From NCBI RefSeq assembly GCF_003918875.1, contig NW_025765092.1, forward strand, positions 1,364,001 through 1,428,000: DNA of 64,000 nucleotides. The letters are read 5' to 3'. The DNA comes from Haliotis rubra. Its lineage: Eukaryota. A program made the translations under genes and the position numbers. The stretch's first letter is position 1; each line of letters begins with the position of its first letter. The notes under the pieces were generated by a model, which was not told where the DNA came from, did no database searches, and was given only the letters and a program-made list of their open reading frames with translations. Shown here in pieces: positions 1 through 15,700 of the stretch.

Positions 1-713
1 GATCGATACAGTATCTTCACATTGGCTATTGTTATGTAAATTTACTCTGACCCTTCAGTTTCAGTTTTAAATTCTGCAGGATTTGTTTGCGTCTCAGAAC
101 ATTTGCAGTTTTACATTACATTTTGTTTGAAATATACCCGAGAGACATGTTTGTGTAAGGTATTTACACAGTATACTATTATGACAGAAAAAAAAACAGA
201 CTAAGAGGTCTGACTATTTGTAAAGGCACTGACAGAACAATGCTGAGTATCTTCCCTTGTATCTGTTTTCCCAAGGCATGTCAGCATCCTTCATGGGTTT
301 GAATATTAGCCTGATTATTAGCTCCTTACATGTACCATGATTTCAACAATATACTTGACTTGGCCTGTATCATTTCAGCCTATCCTCTCATAAGGTGGGA
401 CACTATGAAATATCTGAGAAAAAGAAACTAAAACTGTTTTAAACTTAAACAAAGTTCACTCCTTGTATGTGACACAAAAACAATCTGTTCTGATGGTTAC
501 ATATGGATTTGTGCTTAAGCACACCTTCTAAACACAGTAGGAGTTTTTATCCTTTTGAAACTGGTCAAGCCCTTTTACTTTCAGTAACATTTGAAAACCA
601 TGGTAACAGTTTCTGTGCATGTTCAAATCCTTAAGAGATGCAACAGCTATGCAAAGTAATGCCAAGTATTATAGTAGCCAAACATCTACTAGTGTCATGA
701 CACACCAAACAGA

Positions 714-950
714 CCTGTGAAGGTCCGGGTTAGAATGTGCCTTCATTACCCATACTTGTCGTAAGACAGGATTGGGTGGTCAGGCTCGCTGACTTGGTTG
801 ACACATTTCATCGGTTCCAGTTGTGCAGATCGAAGCTCATGCTATTGATCTCTGGATTGTCTGGTCCAGACTGGATTATTTACAGAACGCTGCAATATAG
901 CTGGAATATTGCTGAGTGCTGCGTAAAACTAAACTCATCCACTCACTCAC
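714..950 (+). mobile_element. SINE family B copy
   Basis: cctgtgaaggtccgggttagaa...gctggaatattgctgagtgc..taaaactaaactca; flanked by acacaccaa direct repeats. Confidence 0.85.
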
Positions 951-3679
951 ACACCAAGCAACTATGTACATAAGAATATTCCAGTTTACTTTCAATCTGC
1001 ATATGAACATGAACATCGCAGTGAGTAAGTGAGCCATTAACAGGCCACAATTCAGTTTATCATCTGTAAAGCAAGAGTCCTCTAACAGTAGACTTTCCTT
1101 CTTTTTGTTTTGACTACATGACTTCCCAAACAACTAGTTTCAAGTTTCTTGTTGCATTACTTATAAAACTATTTGAGCAATTAGATGCTGGTGAACAGGA
1201 ACTACTCAATTAGTAGTAGGCATATCATTATTCTTGATGCTACAACAGATGAATAGGTTCATCTTAAAATGAAACCTTCCAATGATATATTGTATGTATA
1301 GATCACATACTAGGGCCATAATGTTTCACCAGTACCTACATTGTACCAGTAATTTTTACTGAGGTTCAGAAGATACTTGAATCATCAATTTGTGAGATTG
1401 TGATACTCTTTAAATGGTACATGTACTAATGCAGTTGGCTACTGTAATGGTGGAAGTTCTATAGCCCTGCTTGTAAGCATGGCAGAACATTAAGATGTGG
1501 TGGTAATGGGTTACATGTCCGCTGCACTTATGTCATCAGTTTGGGCAAATTTTGTGTTTGGAAATAAGTTGCATGTAGATGTCCCTAGAAGGCACAGGTT
1601 TTAGAATTTTATTTCATATTTTCATACTATTTGTGCAGTAAGATATTCTAGTGACATCATCAATCCATCTTGCAAGATGTTAAAAGATACTCAGTTCTAC
1701 TGGATACTAGTTATATCCTTGCTATTGTCATGACATGCTGAACAATAGACATACCATACACAATACACATGCATCACTCGATATGGCTAGAGACCTATCC
1801 TAAATAGCTTTACCAGGTCACATGGAAGTGGAAGTTGTTTTAATTATTTATCTGATTAACTCTTGCCCATATCTTTGGAATAATTTAGGTACAGTTCATG
1901 TATGCATATTCCCTTTTATGTATACACTGTTGGTTTGGTGTAAACACATGACATTATGTGATACTTGCATTTTGCATTATATGCTTTGTTGGTGAATAAG
2001 GGCAGTGCAGTATGAGCCTAGGAGGGTGTATGTAGGATATTTATTACTACTCAAACAATCTCATTAATATTTCATCTAAGTGCATGCTTCTGTGAAACAA
2101 AGATCTTGGGACATCCCATTTCAGGTCATGTCAGAATGACCTATTACAAAATTTGACCGACCACTGAAATGACTAACTGATAGTCAATATTTGCCAATCA
2201 AAAAGTGGCTTTTTCAAGCAATATGGCACAAGTTTCAAACTCACGACTTCCATTCCATTCCAAAATATATGTTGATGTTTTCAATTCAGAATGAGGAAAA
2301 TGAACAAAAGTACTTTCGGGAAAGTCTAATGTATGGTTGATGTTGTATGACAGCATTTCCCATTGGCTATGCAGCATCTGTTCCATTCAAATGGTTATCC
2401 CATTGAAGTAAGAGATAGACAATAATTTTGACTGAATTACTCGAACACTTTAGAAGACACTTTCCGATTGTTTCTTTCCTGATCTGTTAATAGATGTATT
2501 TATTGGTTGATGTAAAGGTTGTTCTGATGTGACCTGTTAAGGATTTCTCGGTTTTCTTTGTTCAGCAGTAGCAAGAACTAAGACCTGACTTTAATGAGAT
2601 TGTCACTTAATGACCAATGTATCTACATCATGAGAGGCAGCCCCATTTGTACATTTTGGATTATTTAAGTGTCATTTCTTTTCCACTAAACATGAGATTT
2701 CCAACAGTTCTTCTTCACCTCTGGCCTTATTTATTATATTCATTTGGTCCTTATTTCTATTTCTGTTGTATTCATTTATTCATTCATTTGTGTTTGCTTG
2801 TTTAATCAGGTCTTGTGAGCCTACCAGTTTAGCTGAAAAAATGCATAAACTTTATATGTGAAATTTCCAGCATATCAATACTACATTTCCCTGATATGAT
2901 AATGCATTATCAGGAAAAGTAAATTCATATTACTACCTTTGAACTCAGTTTATCTTTGTAATAAATTCTGATAGATAACATTTTCTAGTTCTTCCAATGA
3001 CCTCCTGCTAAAGCCTGCATGGATTTGCTTATGCTAGTTGCATTTCCCAGATTAAATGTTTTGGTTTTGATGGAAAGCTTGTACAACCAATACCATGTGT
3101 ATACCTTTTGGAAATTGTGTGTTTGCTATTGCTGTTTGAAACTTACAAAAATGCCTTGAAATGATACACACAGTAAGCAGTAGTTTTACTGTTACCTTAA
3201 TTCACCACTGTTGCTGTTTTTGACCACTCTTGCTGTGCTTTACCCACAATGCACCTTCTAGTTAGGTTAGTCCATTTGAGGGTTGTTTACTTGCAGCTAG
3301 TGATAGTTCTAGACATGCAGTATTTGAAGCAGATACTTTAAGAAGGAATTTGAAAATATTCTATCTCTTGGTCATACATCTGTGGAGTTGATCAGTTGTT
3401 GGACATATTGTATTGTTTATTTCTGCTTTATTTCTCTTTATTTTCCCTTTATCTATATTTTGGTTGATCCTTTCATTCTGTCATACCTCTACTTGTATTC
3501 TTGACATTCATTTTAATAAATTACCATCAGTTATATTCTGCACTACCCTTAAGTTTGTTTTATCTTTTTCTTACGTTCTTCATTCCTTACTGAGAACAAT
3601 ATCCTGACTGTTTTCTCAAAGTTACTATGTCAGTTTTTTTATGTGTTTTGCAATAATGTTTTAATACTTCTGTTTCCAG

Positions 3680-3746
3680 TGTCAAGGAAAAATTGAAAGA
3701 TATTTTTAATGAAGACAAAGATTTCTCTGATGAAGATTATGAGAAG
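3680..3746 (+). CDS. PPIP5K: PPIP5K exon ([22 protein letters not shown])
   Basis: ttccag| ... |gtgaga; resembles vertebrate [22 protein letters not shown]. Confidence 0.9.
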
Positions 3747-6700
3747 GTGAGAAAAGATTTCTTTGTCCATTCTAAAAATATATTATTCGATATGATATTG
3801 GAGTGTTTTGTGAGACAGTATGTTTAAATCAGAACTTGTCCAAAATTCATTCTTTCTTGTAAAGCTTGCTTGCTTCTAATAAAGGCATATGTTCCTTCAG
3901 CTGGCTCCAACGTCCAGTATATCCCTTATTAATGCCATGAAGTTCGTCAAGAATCCTAGACAGATGTGTGAACGTGTTCACGAAATGATCCATGAAATAA
4001 CATCCAAAATCAGAGCTCTCAAGGTGGAACTCAAGTCCAGAGGTGAGTGTCTTATGAGTTTGTTTCTGTCTCTTTGCACCAAACAGACCACCCAGTTTTG
4101 ATGCACACAGGTGCAATGTGTATAGTCATTGCTTGGTGACATGACTGCAGCGTAAATGCAATAATCACTTTAAAATCACAGAATTCTGGGTTTTTTTTCT
4201 AAAATATTGCTGTAACTGTAAATGGAATGCACACCCAATAACCTACTCTTGCATTCTGAATGTTATCCATGCAGATCTAAAGCTGTATCATGGGGAATCA
4301 TGGGAGTTGCTGATTCGAAGATGGGCCAAGTTGGAGAAGGATTACAAGACAAAGATAGGGAGGTTTGACATCAGCAAGATCCCTGACATATATGACTGCA
4401 TAAAGTATGACCTACAGCACAACCAGAAGACATTGCAGTTTGAGAGGGCAGAGGAGCTGTTCATGTGTTCTAAAGCTCTTGCCGACATCATTATTCCCCA
4501 GGCAAGGCCAACCTTTTTCAACACAGGGATCATGGGTCTGCCTACTCTGATGTATTTTTGTGATGGTGGGGTAGCCTAGTGGTTAAAGCGTTCGCTCATC
4601 ACACCAAAGGCCTGGGTTCGATTCCCCACATGGGTACAATGTGTGAAGCCCATTTCTGGTGTCCCCTGCCGTGATATTGCAGGAATATTGCTAAAAGCGG
4701 AGTAAAACTAAACTCACTCACTCACTCACTGATGTATTTTTAGTTGCTTCTGTATCTAAACCAATAATATCAAAGTGAAACAAGTGTGAGCTCATTGGTT
4801 AGTATTGACTTTGTGTATACCCAGATTTAATTGAAGGTTTTAAATTGGTCTTCAGGAACCCATATTCATGATGTCAGTTCTTGGTTTGTCAGGTTTGATT
4901 TGATTATTTACAGACCACTGTCGTATAGCGGTAATATTGCTGAGTATGGTGCATAACTACATACAAACAGTTAGATTGTATTGTGAAAATGGACTGTCTA
5001 TAGTTAGCCATAGCAGATCTATTACTAGGTACTGGAGTTCATCATAGTTCATCACAGGACATTGTGGTACAGTGGGAATGATGCATACTGTGTGATTCAA
5101 CAGCATTCACTAATATTGAGATTTGTTACTTCAGGAATATGGTATCACTGTGGAGGAGAAACTACATATAGCCCAAAACTACTGCACCCCATTGATGCGG
5201 AAAATACGCAGTGACTTGCTTCAGTGTCTACACTCCAGTGACTCCACAATGGATGATAATGCCACAAGACTAGACTCCCGGTAATGTTTCACCATTGACA
5301 GAAATTGCAAATGAAAGTCTTAGACTGTTTAACAATATCTTAATATTTGAACAATGTGAACATTTTGGATAGCAATATTTTGTAAAACTTTGAATAACAA
5401 AATGTTGAACTTCCTATGTACTTTGTATGTTGTTGCCCATTAATTCAGTATATCATATTTTGAAGAGTTTTCTTATTGAAAGAAAGGGCTTCTTAATACA
5501 AAGAAACGGCTGACTGACACAAAGAACTGAATGACTGTTATTTCAGTGATCACTGATACTTCCAACTGTTCTGTTTGTAGGTATTCTAAAGGTGTTGCAT
5601 CCCCAGAGAGATTTGTGAGGACACGCTTGTATTTCACCAGTGAGAGCCACATACACTCACTGCTCACAATGCTCAGATATGGAGGACTTTGTGATGTATG
5701 TATTTGTTTTTATTTTATAAGATCAATGATATCAGTTTGCTTATTGTCCCCCGCCGCAACCCGGAACGGGGGACTATGTATTCAGCAGCGTCTGTCCGTA
5801 CGTATGTACGTCCCGATTCTTGTTAACGCGATATCTCATGAACTGTTGTACCCAATGTCTTCAAATTTGGTGACAGCCTACTTTGGGGGATTACGCAGAC
5901 ACCAGTCGATTTTAGTGACCTTGACCTTATTTTGAAGGTCACCACAACACTTTGACCACTTTTCCAACTCTTGTTCACGCGATATCTCATGAACTGTTGT
6001 ACCCAATGTCAACAAATTTGGTGACAGCCTACCTTGGGGGATTACACAGACACCAGTCGATTTGGGTGACCTTGACCTTATCATCAAACTCTTCAAAACT
6101 CACCATTAGGGGATATGTAGACACATGTCGAACTGTTGACCAATGTCAATTTTCAAACTCTTTGTTAACGACAATATCTCAAGAACTGACCACTTTTCAA
6201 ACTCTTGTTAACGCAATATCTCAAGAACTGTTGTACCCAATGTCTTCAAATTTGGTGACAGCCTACATTAGGGGATTATGTAGACACCAGTCGATTTTGG
6301 GTGACCTTGACCTTATTTTCAAGGTCAATACGCCACTTTGACCACTTTTTAAACTCTTATTAACGCGATACCTCATGAACTGTTGTACCCAATGTTTTCA
6401 ATTATGTTGACAGCCTAATCATTGGGTGATTATACAGACACCAGTCAGTTTAGGCATCTTTTATCTGACAAAAATACAAAAAGTAGTAAATATGTAAATA
6501 TTTCGTTTTTCTTTAGGGCCGGGGGACATTGCCTTATTAGTGGCAAACACTTGTATTGTATATATTTTAATAACAATTCTCTGAGGCATAAACACATTAT
6601 ATGTGTCATTTACATTGTTAAGTAGCATTTGGATTCCATTCTAATCTGATTTTGATGACTTGTTCATTGAGATTATGTTTGAATAATCTCTACAAGGTAT

Positions 6701-9700
6701 TATATTTATGCTGTCAATCTACAACCAGAATTGGTAGTAAGATTTTGTTTTGTTTCCACTGGAAAGAATATTTAACCCTGAACATCAAATGTAGAGAGGC
6801 AGTCAGTAGAAGAATTCATTCAGATTCTTTTTCCAGCTGAATTCTGTTACAATGATGTTTGCAATCCTGACAACATACAGTGAAACTTGTCTAAACCGGC
6901 ATCCCACGGGACCGAAATAAAATGCCGGTTTAGACAGGGTGCTGGATTAGACAGTGATGATCATTTTCCAACATGGCTGCCATTTACACTGTAAATTACT
7001 TGCCGGTACTTGAAATTTTGCCACCTTTAGCAGCATCAGTCTTAGTAGTGTCTTGTCAGGTAACGCACGAAACACAAGACCCATTTCCTGATTATCTAGC
7101 GTGCCAAGAGGATTAATTAGTGTATTGGACTGCTCATACCCATGCTGGTTTAGACAGTGTAAATTACAGTTAAAATTGCTTGTTGGCCCAGGAAAGTTGT
7201 GCCGGGAATATGGATTGGACAGGTGCGGGATTAGAGAATGTTTTAATGATCATAATATCGTTGTAAAATGGCGGGACTGGTTTTGACAGTGTGCCAGTTT
7301 AGACAGGTGCCGGTGTTCGCAGGTTTTACTGTAATTATGATGAATTTCTATCTCTGTAGCCAAAGAAAGATGAGCAGTGGAAGAGGGCTATGGACTTCCT
7401 CAGTGCAACAGCAGAGCTCAACTACATGACCCAAATTGTCTTAATGATGTTTGAGGACCCTAGCAAGGTATATTTCACATTAATATAGAAAGTAAAATTT
7501 AAATCTTTGATAGGGTATGTTTTTTGTTCCTTCCTTTCCCGTGAAGATCTGGGTTAGAAATGGTCTTTAGTAACACATGCTTGTCGAAGGAGGCGACTAA
7601 TGGGATGGAGTGGTCAGGCTTGCTGACTAGGTTGACATATGTCATCACATCCCAATTGCGTTCATCGATGCTCATTCTGTTGATCACTGGATTCTCTTGT
7701 CCAGACTCGATTATTTACAGTTTGTCGCCATATAGAAGGAATATGGCTGAGTGCAGCATTAAACAACAATCAATCAATACTTCCTTCCATTGTTTTTGGA
7801 CATAACTAGACACTGTTGTTTTACTGAAATTCTAAGATGCTGATTTTTAAGAAACAGATTGTCAATGTCATTGCCTTTTTTTATGACAATCAGAAAATGT
7901 CCAAGAAAATTGATTGTTCTGAATTCCATAAATGTACAGTTCAGGTAATTTATATCAAGAAAACATCTTATCCTAAAGAAACATGGATATGAAGATACAA
8001 CTCTCATGAATACTGATGATAGCTTATTACTGAAATGATGTGGAAATTGTGGTTTTCGGAGTCCTCAATTTTATTGCTGGAGTTCATAACCTACAGATAT
8101 CTGAGCATTCTTATTTTGAACATTAGGATTAAGGCATCAACTTTTATCAAAACTTATCAAAATCCTTTTGTAAGATTGATTTTTAAGAAAAATGAATACT
8201 TATTTGAATCAGGATCCCAACTCAGATGAGCGCTTCCACATGGAGCTCCACTTCAGTCCTGGTGCCTATACTTGCTGTGATACCAGTCTGGCTCCTTCCT
8301 GTAGTATGGGATACAGACCTAATCCAAAATCAGACAAGGTAACATGAAGATATGTTGATTCATATGTAGCAAACTGGTAACTTTAATCTGTGTTCTCTTG
8401 GTGCAGTCACACAGGAGATATATATATGTCTGTCTTGTCTTTCACCTCAAAGTTATCACCTATAGTTATGACAGTAGTTTTTATTGCCACAATGAGGCAG
8501 ATATCTGATGATATCACAAATATTTTGTAATGAATATGAATATTGAGTAATCGATACAGTAACAAGTCCATATTATGTATTATTCAATATATTCAGTGAA
8601 ATGATAACATACTATTTTTCTGACATGTTATGACCAGTGCTAATTTATCATCAGGACAGTGATCTGTGGTCACATTGCTGTCAATGGTTGGCCATTATCC
8701 TGCCAATTTGCATACTAGTATCTTGTTTTGATAAGGACCATTCAAAACTAATGTAAAAACACTTCTTTTTAAAAGAATTTATGAATAGTTGATTCTAGCA
8801 ATCACAAATAATTAATTTAATTCATAATTGGATATGGTTCATTTCACTGTTTATCTGTCAGTAATCATAGCAGCCCTAGTAATTTAAACCCAGATCACTT
8901 TCACTATTTTCAGAAACATAGCTGTTGTTTACGAATGTCTTAAATATTATTAACTGGCTCAGTATGACCAATTTTATCGTGAGCCTTCATCTAGCAATAT
9001 GTTACTTGCCATGATATTGCTGAAATATTGCTAAAACTGGTGTAAAACTAAACTCACTCACTCACTCATCTAAGAATATATGAAGTAATAGAAAAAATTC
9101 TTAAGATAGTATTAATATTGTTCAATATTGTCAACAATGTAGCTTCTGATTCTCTTTCATGACAGAAGGAGAAGGGTTTTGTAGAAGGTTCTATAAAGGG
9201 CTCAGCATCCTGGCAGAATTACACTTTACCTCCTGACCCCTTTATGAAGCCACGACTCTCACATTCAGAACATCAAGCAACCATTATGGAGTCCCTGGAG
9301 GTAAAAGCCCTCATTAATTAACTTACTGTGATAGGTGAAATTATAATGGTTTTGAAAGGTATATTCAGAGCTCTGGTAAACTTGAGCCATGATTATCTAC
9401 TTACAAGTTAACATTCACTTAGCATATTCAGTAAATTTTTCAGCACAATATTGTTATACCATCATTTTTTAAATACATTTTGAATATTTAATGCACACTT
9501 GGGCAGATGCAAACCAAGTAATGTATATTATGTGTTTAAATCAAGTATATATTTGGAGCTCTGGTAAATCTGTTACTTAAAACCAACAAAATAATGTATT
9601 TACAGCTCATTTGTTCACACAAATTTCCCATATTATTGTTAATTATCAAGCTGTATTTCAACAGAACATGTACCTACAACAAGAATCAAAGCCAAATGAG

Positions 9701-12700
9701 ATAGCAGAGTCAAACATGCCTGAGTGGGACTGGGGGACGGATGATTCTACTGAGGTAAGATGCAACAGGTCACATGGGAGCTGGAGGAGTCTTAAGTCTA
9801 GTCCATGACATAATCTGGTCCAGTGTGCCATACAAAACAATGTTAGCATTAAGTCTGTCGTAAGACCATGTTAAGGTATGGGAGTTACGGTCTCCTTAGC
9901 TCTAAGATCTCTTTGTACAACGGCACCCTGGTTGCCAACAGATCAGCAACACAAACTACAGACATTGATGCTGTCTTTGGGATGAGTTTGCTTTGGAGTA
10001 TTTATGATATTGATGAACCTCTCCTAATACAAGAGCTGTAAACGTCTACCTGCCTTAAGCTGTGTGGGGGTTTCCATTTGTTCTCAGATGAGAGGAATTA
10101 TTTTTGGGTTCAAGGGGAGATAACTGTTTGGTTACGTGGTGGACAGAGAGGAACATTTGGGGTTCTGTGTTTTTTATCAAAGACAGAGGGAGTTTGCAAT
10201 ACGCTATCACAAGAATACTAATATCGTAAGTACTCTCTTCTTCAAGGTATGAATTTGGACACATGTTGGCATCCATGAAACATACTATGTTCATGCCACA
10301 CTAAATGAATCCATTGAATGTCCTATGGACTGAAAAATAGATCGACTTATTGAGTCACAAGATAGGGTCTTTAGATGGATAAGTATTTGTTTTTGTGATG
10401 ACAGACAAAAGTTTCAAGTCCTGACACAGATGAAGAAAAGCAAGTGCCTGGAACAAGGGAGTCTGATGAGACCCTATCTACAAACAGTGTCTCGAAACCC
10501 ATTGCCATCTCAAGAAACTCTTCCAGTAACAAACTGAGTGGAAGTTGCCCATCAGGTAATCTGTCACACATTAAGGACATCTTATTTCTACAGATTCTGC
10601 ATTCTATCTGGCTGTAACCATATTGAAGGGCTGATCAGTTGTTTTATGTGCAACTTTCATCAGGAAACAATAATTTTGAAATTTATCCTATGGCACACTA
10701 TGCATTTCATCCTTTGTCTTCGATCCAAATGTTGAAACACCCCTAAGATCACTTTCCTGCTTCAGAAGTCTAACCCTAACACCCAACTGTCACATGATCA
10801 CCCCATAAACAATGGGCTGAACACTATGGCACTAACTGAATCTAGATTACATGATGTTCCCAGCGCACTCATTTTATTTCTAATTACCTTGATGTATTGG
10901 TGGAAGTGCTGAAGAGAATTGATCTTTGGGCTATGGGAGTAGGGATGTAGATTCTCAGGATTCTCCTTCATCCTGAACCAGCAGCTTCTGTATTGTAGCT
11001 CCATCCAACATGTCTTGCAGATCAGCTAGGCTTTCAGGATTTGTGATGTTCACAATGAATTGTATATTCATGTCCTTAACCTGAAAGAGAATGAGTGTGC
11101 TTGGAACATCATGCAATCAGTTTCCACAGAATACAGGCAGTGTTCTGCCCATTGTTTATGGGGCGACAGTGAACATGTGTTGGGATGAGATGTTTTGAAT
11201 CTGGAAACTTGTCTTACTAGTGAATACACAATGCCATTTAGAAAGTGGTCAAATGTAACATGTTATATTTGGGATTACACTTTCTTAGTAAAGTACAGAT
11301 TCTAGTGCTTTTGTTGGGTTGAGTCCCATCTGGGATTCGAACCCACACCCACAGTCAGACATCTAATCGCCAGCACACGCCTAACCTGTTCAGCCACCAC
11401 AGCTTCAGTATTACATTGTCTTAGGAGCGTTTCCACTCTAGTGTCGAAGAAGGAAGAAATACATGTGTAAGATAGAATAAGTATATAACTATATACAATT
11501 TTCAGTTTTTGAAATCTAATATATTTTTTGAAGCAATTATAACATTGGCCTTAAAAGTCATGTGTTTATGCTATGTTTGGCCATACATAATGGAATTTTA
11601 AGACCTGTTACTACCTGTGTGGATTCAGAATGTGTCAGTTAGCAAGCCCTATGTCTATTACAGCCATCAGTCTTTCCTTCCTGTCCTTCTACAGCAGTGT
11701 TCGATATTAAGGGAGGTCCTGGAGTCCTTTTGGTTTACAGCTGTAGTGTCTGAATCAAGGGACCCCAAAATCTTTACCTCTTAACATGAGGATTATTTTG
11801 AGGACCCCTTGACTTCCACACTTAATTTCGGACACTGTATAGCTTACAAGTGGGTATGGTATTTTTTGGTGCTTTTGAGATGGTACCTTGCATTTTCTTC
11901 TGCTTCATCTTTGGCTTGTAACACCATTTTCTGGATCACTGTGGCACACTCATCATTGTGAGACATATATATTATTCACTTGGCAGGAACAAATGGTGGA
12001 CAGAATTTGGATGACAAGAAGAGTCGTAGCCTTGATGATAAATCTATTGACTCTGTTAGAGACCCAGGTACGTTGTCACACTGCATGCTAGAGTTTACAG
12101 TTAGGTCTTTTGCATGGTTTTATATCATGCTTGAGTACATTTTGAAAATGCGTTTTTCCAACTTTCCAGTGTTGGCTAAGTTCTAATGACCCATATGCAT
12201 TGAATATTTTCAAACATTTGCATAGATTCATAAAGGGAAAATGTTATCCCTCTAAGAAAAACAAACTTAGAAGAATGTTAAAGGGTGTTTGTTTCCTCTA
12301 ATGTTCAAGATAACAAACAAAAGATACTTTTGCCAATTGTACTGTCATGCATTTTGTTTGTGTTTGTTTGCTTATTGCATAATGGGTATGGTTTCCAGTG
12401 TGACAATAATTAGACGTGTGAATTTTGAAAGTGTATGTTAGCTCCCTTAAATGTAGTGATGTTTTATATAAAATGGTCTCTTTCTCAAACAAAAGCTATC
12501 AGAATGTTTCAGGATATGAACTTTCATAATGACCATCGCATCCGTTCCACAAAACCATCGTAGTGCTACGACTGTCATAAGTCTGTGTTAGAGAATAGGA
12601 GTTACGGAAGTCGTAGTGGAGGCTTTGAGGAACGGGGCCCTGATCTTGGAATTGGAAAGGTAAACTTATTGATATTAAACTTATGGTATGCAGAAAAAAA

Positions 12701-15700
12701 GCGCAGCCGAAGTCTAGAGGACAAAAACTCTAATGGTGATAACACATCTGAACCAGGTGAGAATTGAGCTGTGACCTGCTCATGTTGCCTGCTTGTTTAT
12801 ATTGCTCGTTACCCACATTCACTCTCCAATATGGAACTTGCCTTGCTGTTTGTACATCTCCTTTCATTTCAGACTCTGTGCTTGTACCTATCAAGCTGTT
12901 GTATACCCAGTAGTTGGCACACTAGATGGTTCTAGCTGATTGATTTTTTTTGTTAAAAAACTATTGCTATTTTACTTTTATCATCTGATGGGTGTTTGGT
13001 TGTATTTCAGAAGTTAGTTATTATAACACAGTGAGTTTCACTCCTTACCCAGCAGTAGTGTTGGTTGGTTTTGTTAATGATGAATGAAAATATGAAAACA
13101 TTCCACTAAGGAAAGAGTATCCTCTTTGTAAAAGATAAAGAGAGAAATCATATTATATTTATTATACTCTGGAAAGCTTACTTAATAGAAAAGCTTCACA
13201 TTGACATTTTTTCATGATATACTTGTTTCTACCAGATGCACAATATGGTGTTGCATGCTCATACAAATACAAATACAGAATGGATACAATGTTTTCACAT
13301 TACCAGACCTGGGGGTTTAAAAAAAGGATGGCTATTTGTATCATTAAGACAAATACAATTGTGGATACTGGTAAAACTGACAATTCTGTTTTTGGGAAGG
13401 AATAAACTTCAAAGTGGCAATGGCTGAAGTTTTTCAGTCTGACATTGGAATGCCAATCTTTGATAGCCTTGAGGCTTTGGAGTTCGTGTTATGATTAAAA
13501 ATTATTAATTAGAGTCACCTTAGAATTACCTCAAAATCCCACCTTACATCAGTCATTCATGCTTAAAAGTATATTATCTATACCATACATGTATTTAAGA
13601 AATACAGTTCGCTCTACCACCATGTATAGTGTAATAAAGTATTTTTTATGGAATGGCGATGACAATGAGTCACTTTCATTTGTGGAGCTTGTGTCATGAT
13701 GTTTGTGGTGTGTAGAACTGTATAGACAGCTGTTGTGCCTGGTTCTGACTTCTATGATATTGCAGTGACATTACTAATTTAGCATAACCATAAAAGCTTG
13801 CTGTTCACTCGCTGTGGTTTGAAACACATGTGTCTTGTATGGTCAACAGTAACATGTGACTTGTCTCTCCTTGTTTATTTAACTCACACAAACAGGTATT
13901 AACATCTCAAAAGAAATGCTTATTACTTTAATGTGTACAAGTTTGATCAACAGGACAGCTGTGGTCCCATTTAGCTTGATCAGGCATTAACATCATTGCA
14001 GTTACTATCATTGCTATAATATGATATACATCACTTGAGTATTATTATATATAAATGATGAAACTCAGTGAAAATTGGCGAATCATTCTGTCCGGCTCCA
14101 TGCATGATATTTGCACATGCTTTACGTCTGTCCGTCTGCATAAACTTTGTCCAGAGCATATCTCTTAAAAGTTTACATGTTAGGTTCACCAAACTTCACA
14201 CACATGTTAATCATTACCCATTGATGTGCCTTTTGCTATTTTAATTTTTTTTTCCAGAACGCATATCTCTTAAAGTTTACATGAATTTAGTGCTTTTGCT
14301 GTTTCCATGGAAACACGACTTAGTGCCAAATGTGTTTGATTATTTTGTCCAGAGCATATCTCTTAAAGTTTACATGTTAGGTTCACCAAACTTCACACAC
14401 ATGTTAATCATTACCCATTGATGTGCCTTTTGCTATTTTAAAGTTTTTTCCAAATTTAGTTTTTTTGCTGTTTCCATGGAAACATGACTAAGGATGTGAC
14501 TATGAGGATGTCATCTAGTCCGGAGCAGATCTTCCAAACTATACATGCTAGCTTCATCAAACTTGGTACACATATCAAGCATGATCCCTAGATGTGCCTT
14601 TTGGGGTTTAGATCCAGATATGAATTTTATTTTTGCTGTTTCCATGGAAACATGACTTAGTGCCAAATGTGTTCGATTATTTTGTCCAGAGCATATCTCT
14701 TAAAGTTTACATGCTATGTACATGCAAAATGTATTTGATGTGTACCTGACCAAGGCATATCATCGAAACTATACATGCTAGGTTCACCAAACTTAATACA
14801 CAAGTTAATCATGACCCACAGATATGCCATGTGCTAAAAAATAGCAATCTTCATCTACGTCCAGTTCATTGTGTTCAACATGAGACAGTCAAGTTCAATT
14901 GTATGTCAGGTTTCCACGGAAAACACAAAAATATCTGGTTTCCATAAATTATTACCATAATCAGTACATGCCAAAACTATTATCTAACATGTATATAAAG
15001 TTTAGTAGAGTCAAAGAGAAAGTCTTGTGAGCTGCTGATCCTTGTCACATTATATATATCAATATCAGTCATTTCCATGTCCCAAAGTGGGAAGCGGGGG
15101 TATGTTATCTTTGCTCACTTCTACACTTGTTTTGACCACTGAACATAGGTAGATTATGTAGTTGTCAAGGTCCAGTATGTGCATTTTATATATGGTCATT
15201 TTCATCAGGCTATTTGTCTTTTCTTTGTGTGTTATTAATGTTTTAAATGGCTACATGTGATGGTCAGAACTGTGGAATCATTATGAAGAAACTGATATTG
15301 GGACAGTGTGTTCAAGTATCATGAGTGCCAGAGGTTATCAATTATGTTGAGGTTAAAGTGCTTCTATGCGGAGCTGTAGCCAAGTGGGTTAAGCTTTTAC
15401 TCATCATGCCGAAGACCCAGGTTCGATTCCCTACATGGGTACAATGTGTGAAGCCCATTTCTGGTGTCCACTGTCCATCACCGTGATATTGCTGGAATAT
15501 TCCTAAAAGTAATGTAAAAACTTACTCAGTCTGTCAAAGAGTTTCTCATCTGATTATTAGGTCTCTTCAAATGAACATTTGTCGTTCTTTTTTTTTTCCC
15601 ACTGAATAAAGAAGTCCTTGAAAACATGTTTCTGCAGTGGAATTGTGTTTGAAATGTGACTTTAGCTGCAGCCTTTTCCATAGTAGAATTAATAAAACAT

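Noticed and set aside
3729-3753. Similarity of the PPIP5K exon end (tatgagaag|gtgagaa) to the 107-bp satellite
   Set aside because: Only ~16 nt (YEK plus donor consensus); the satellite is explained by the adjacent METTL27-like exon.
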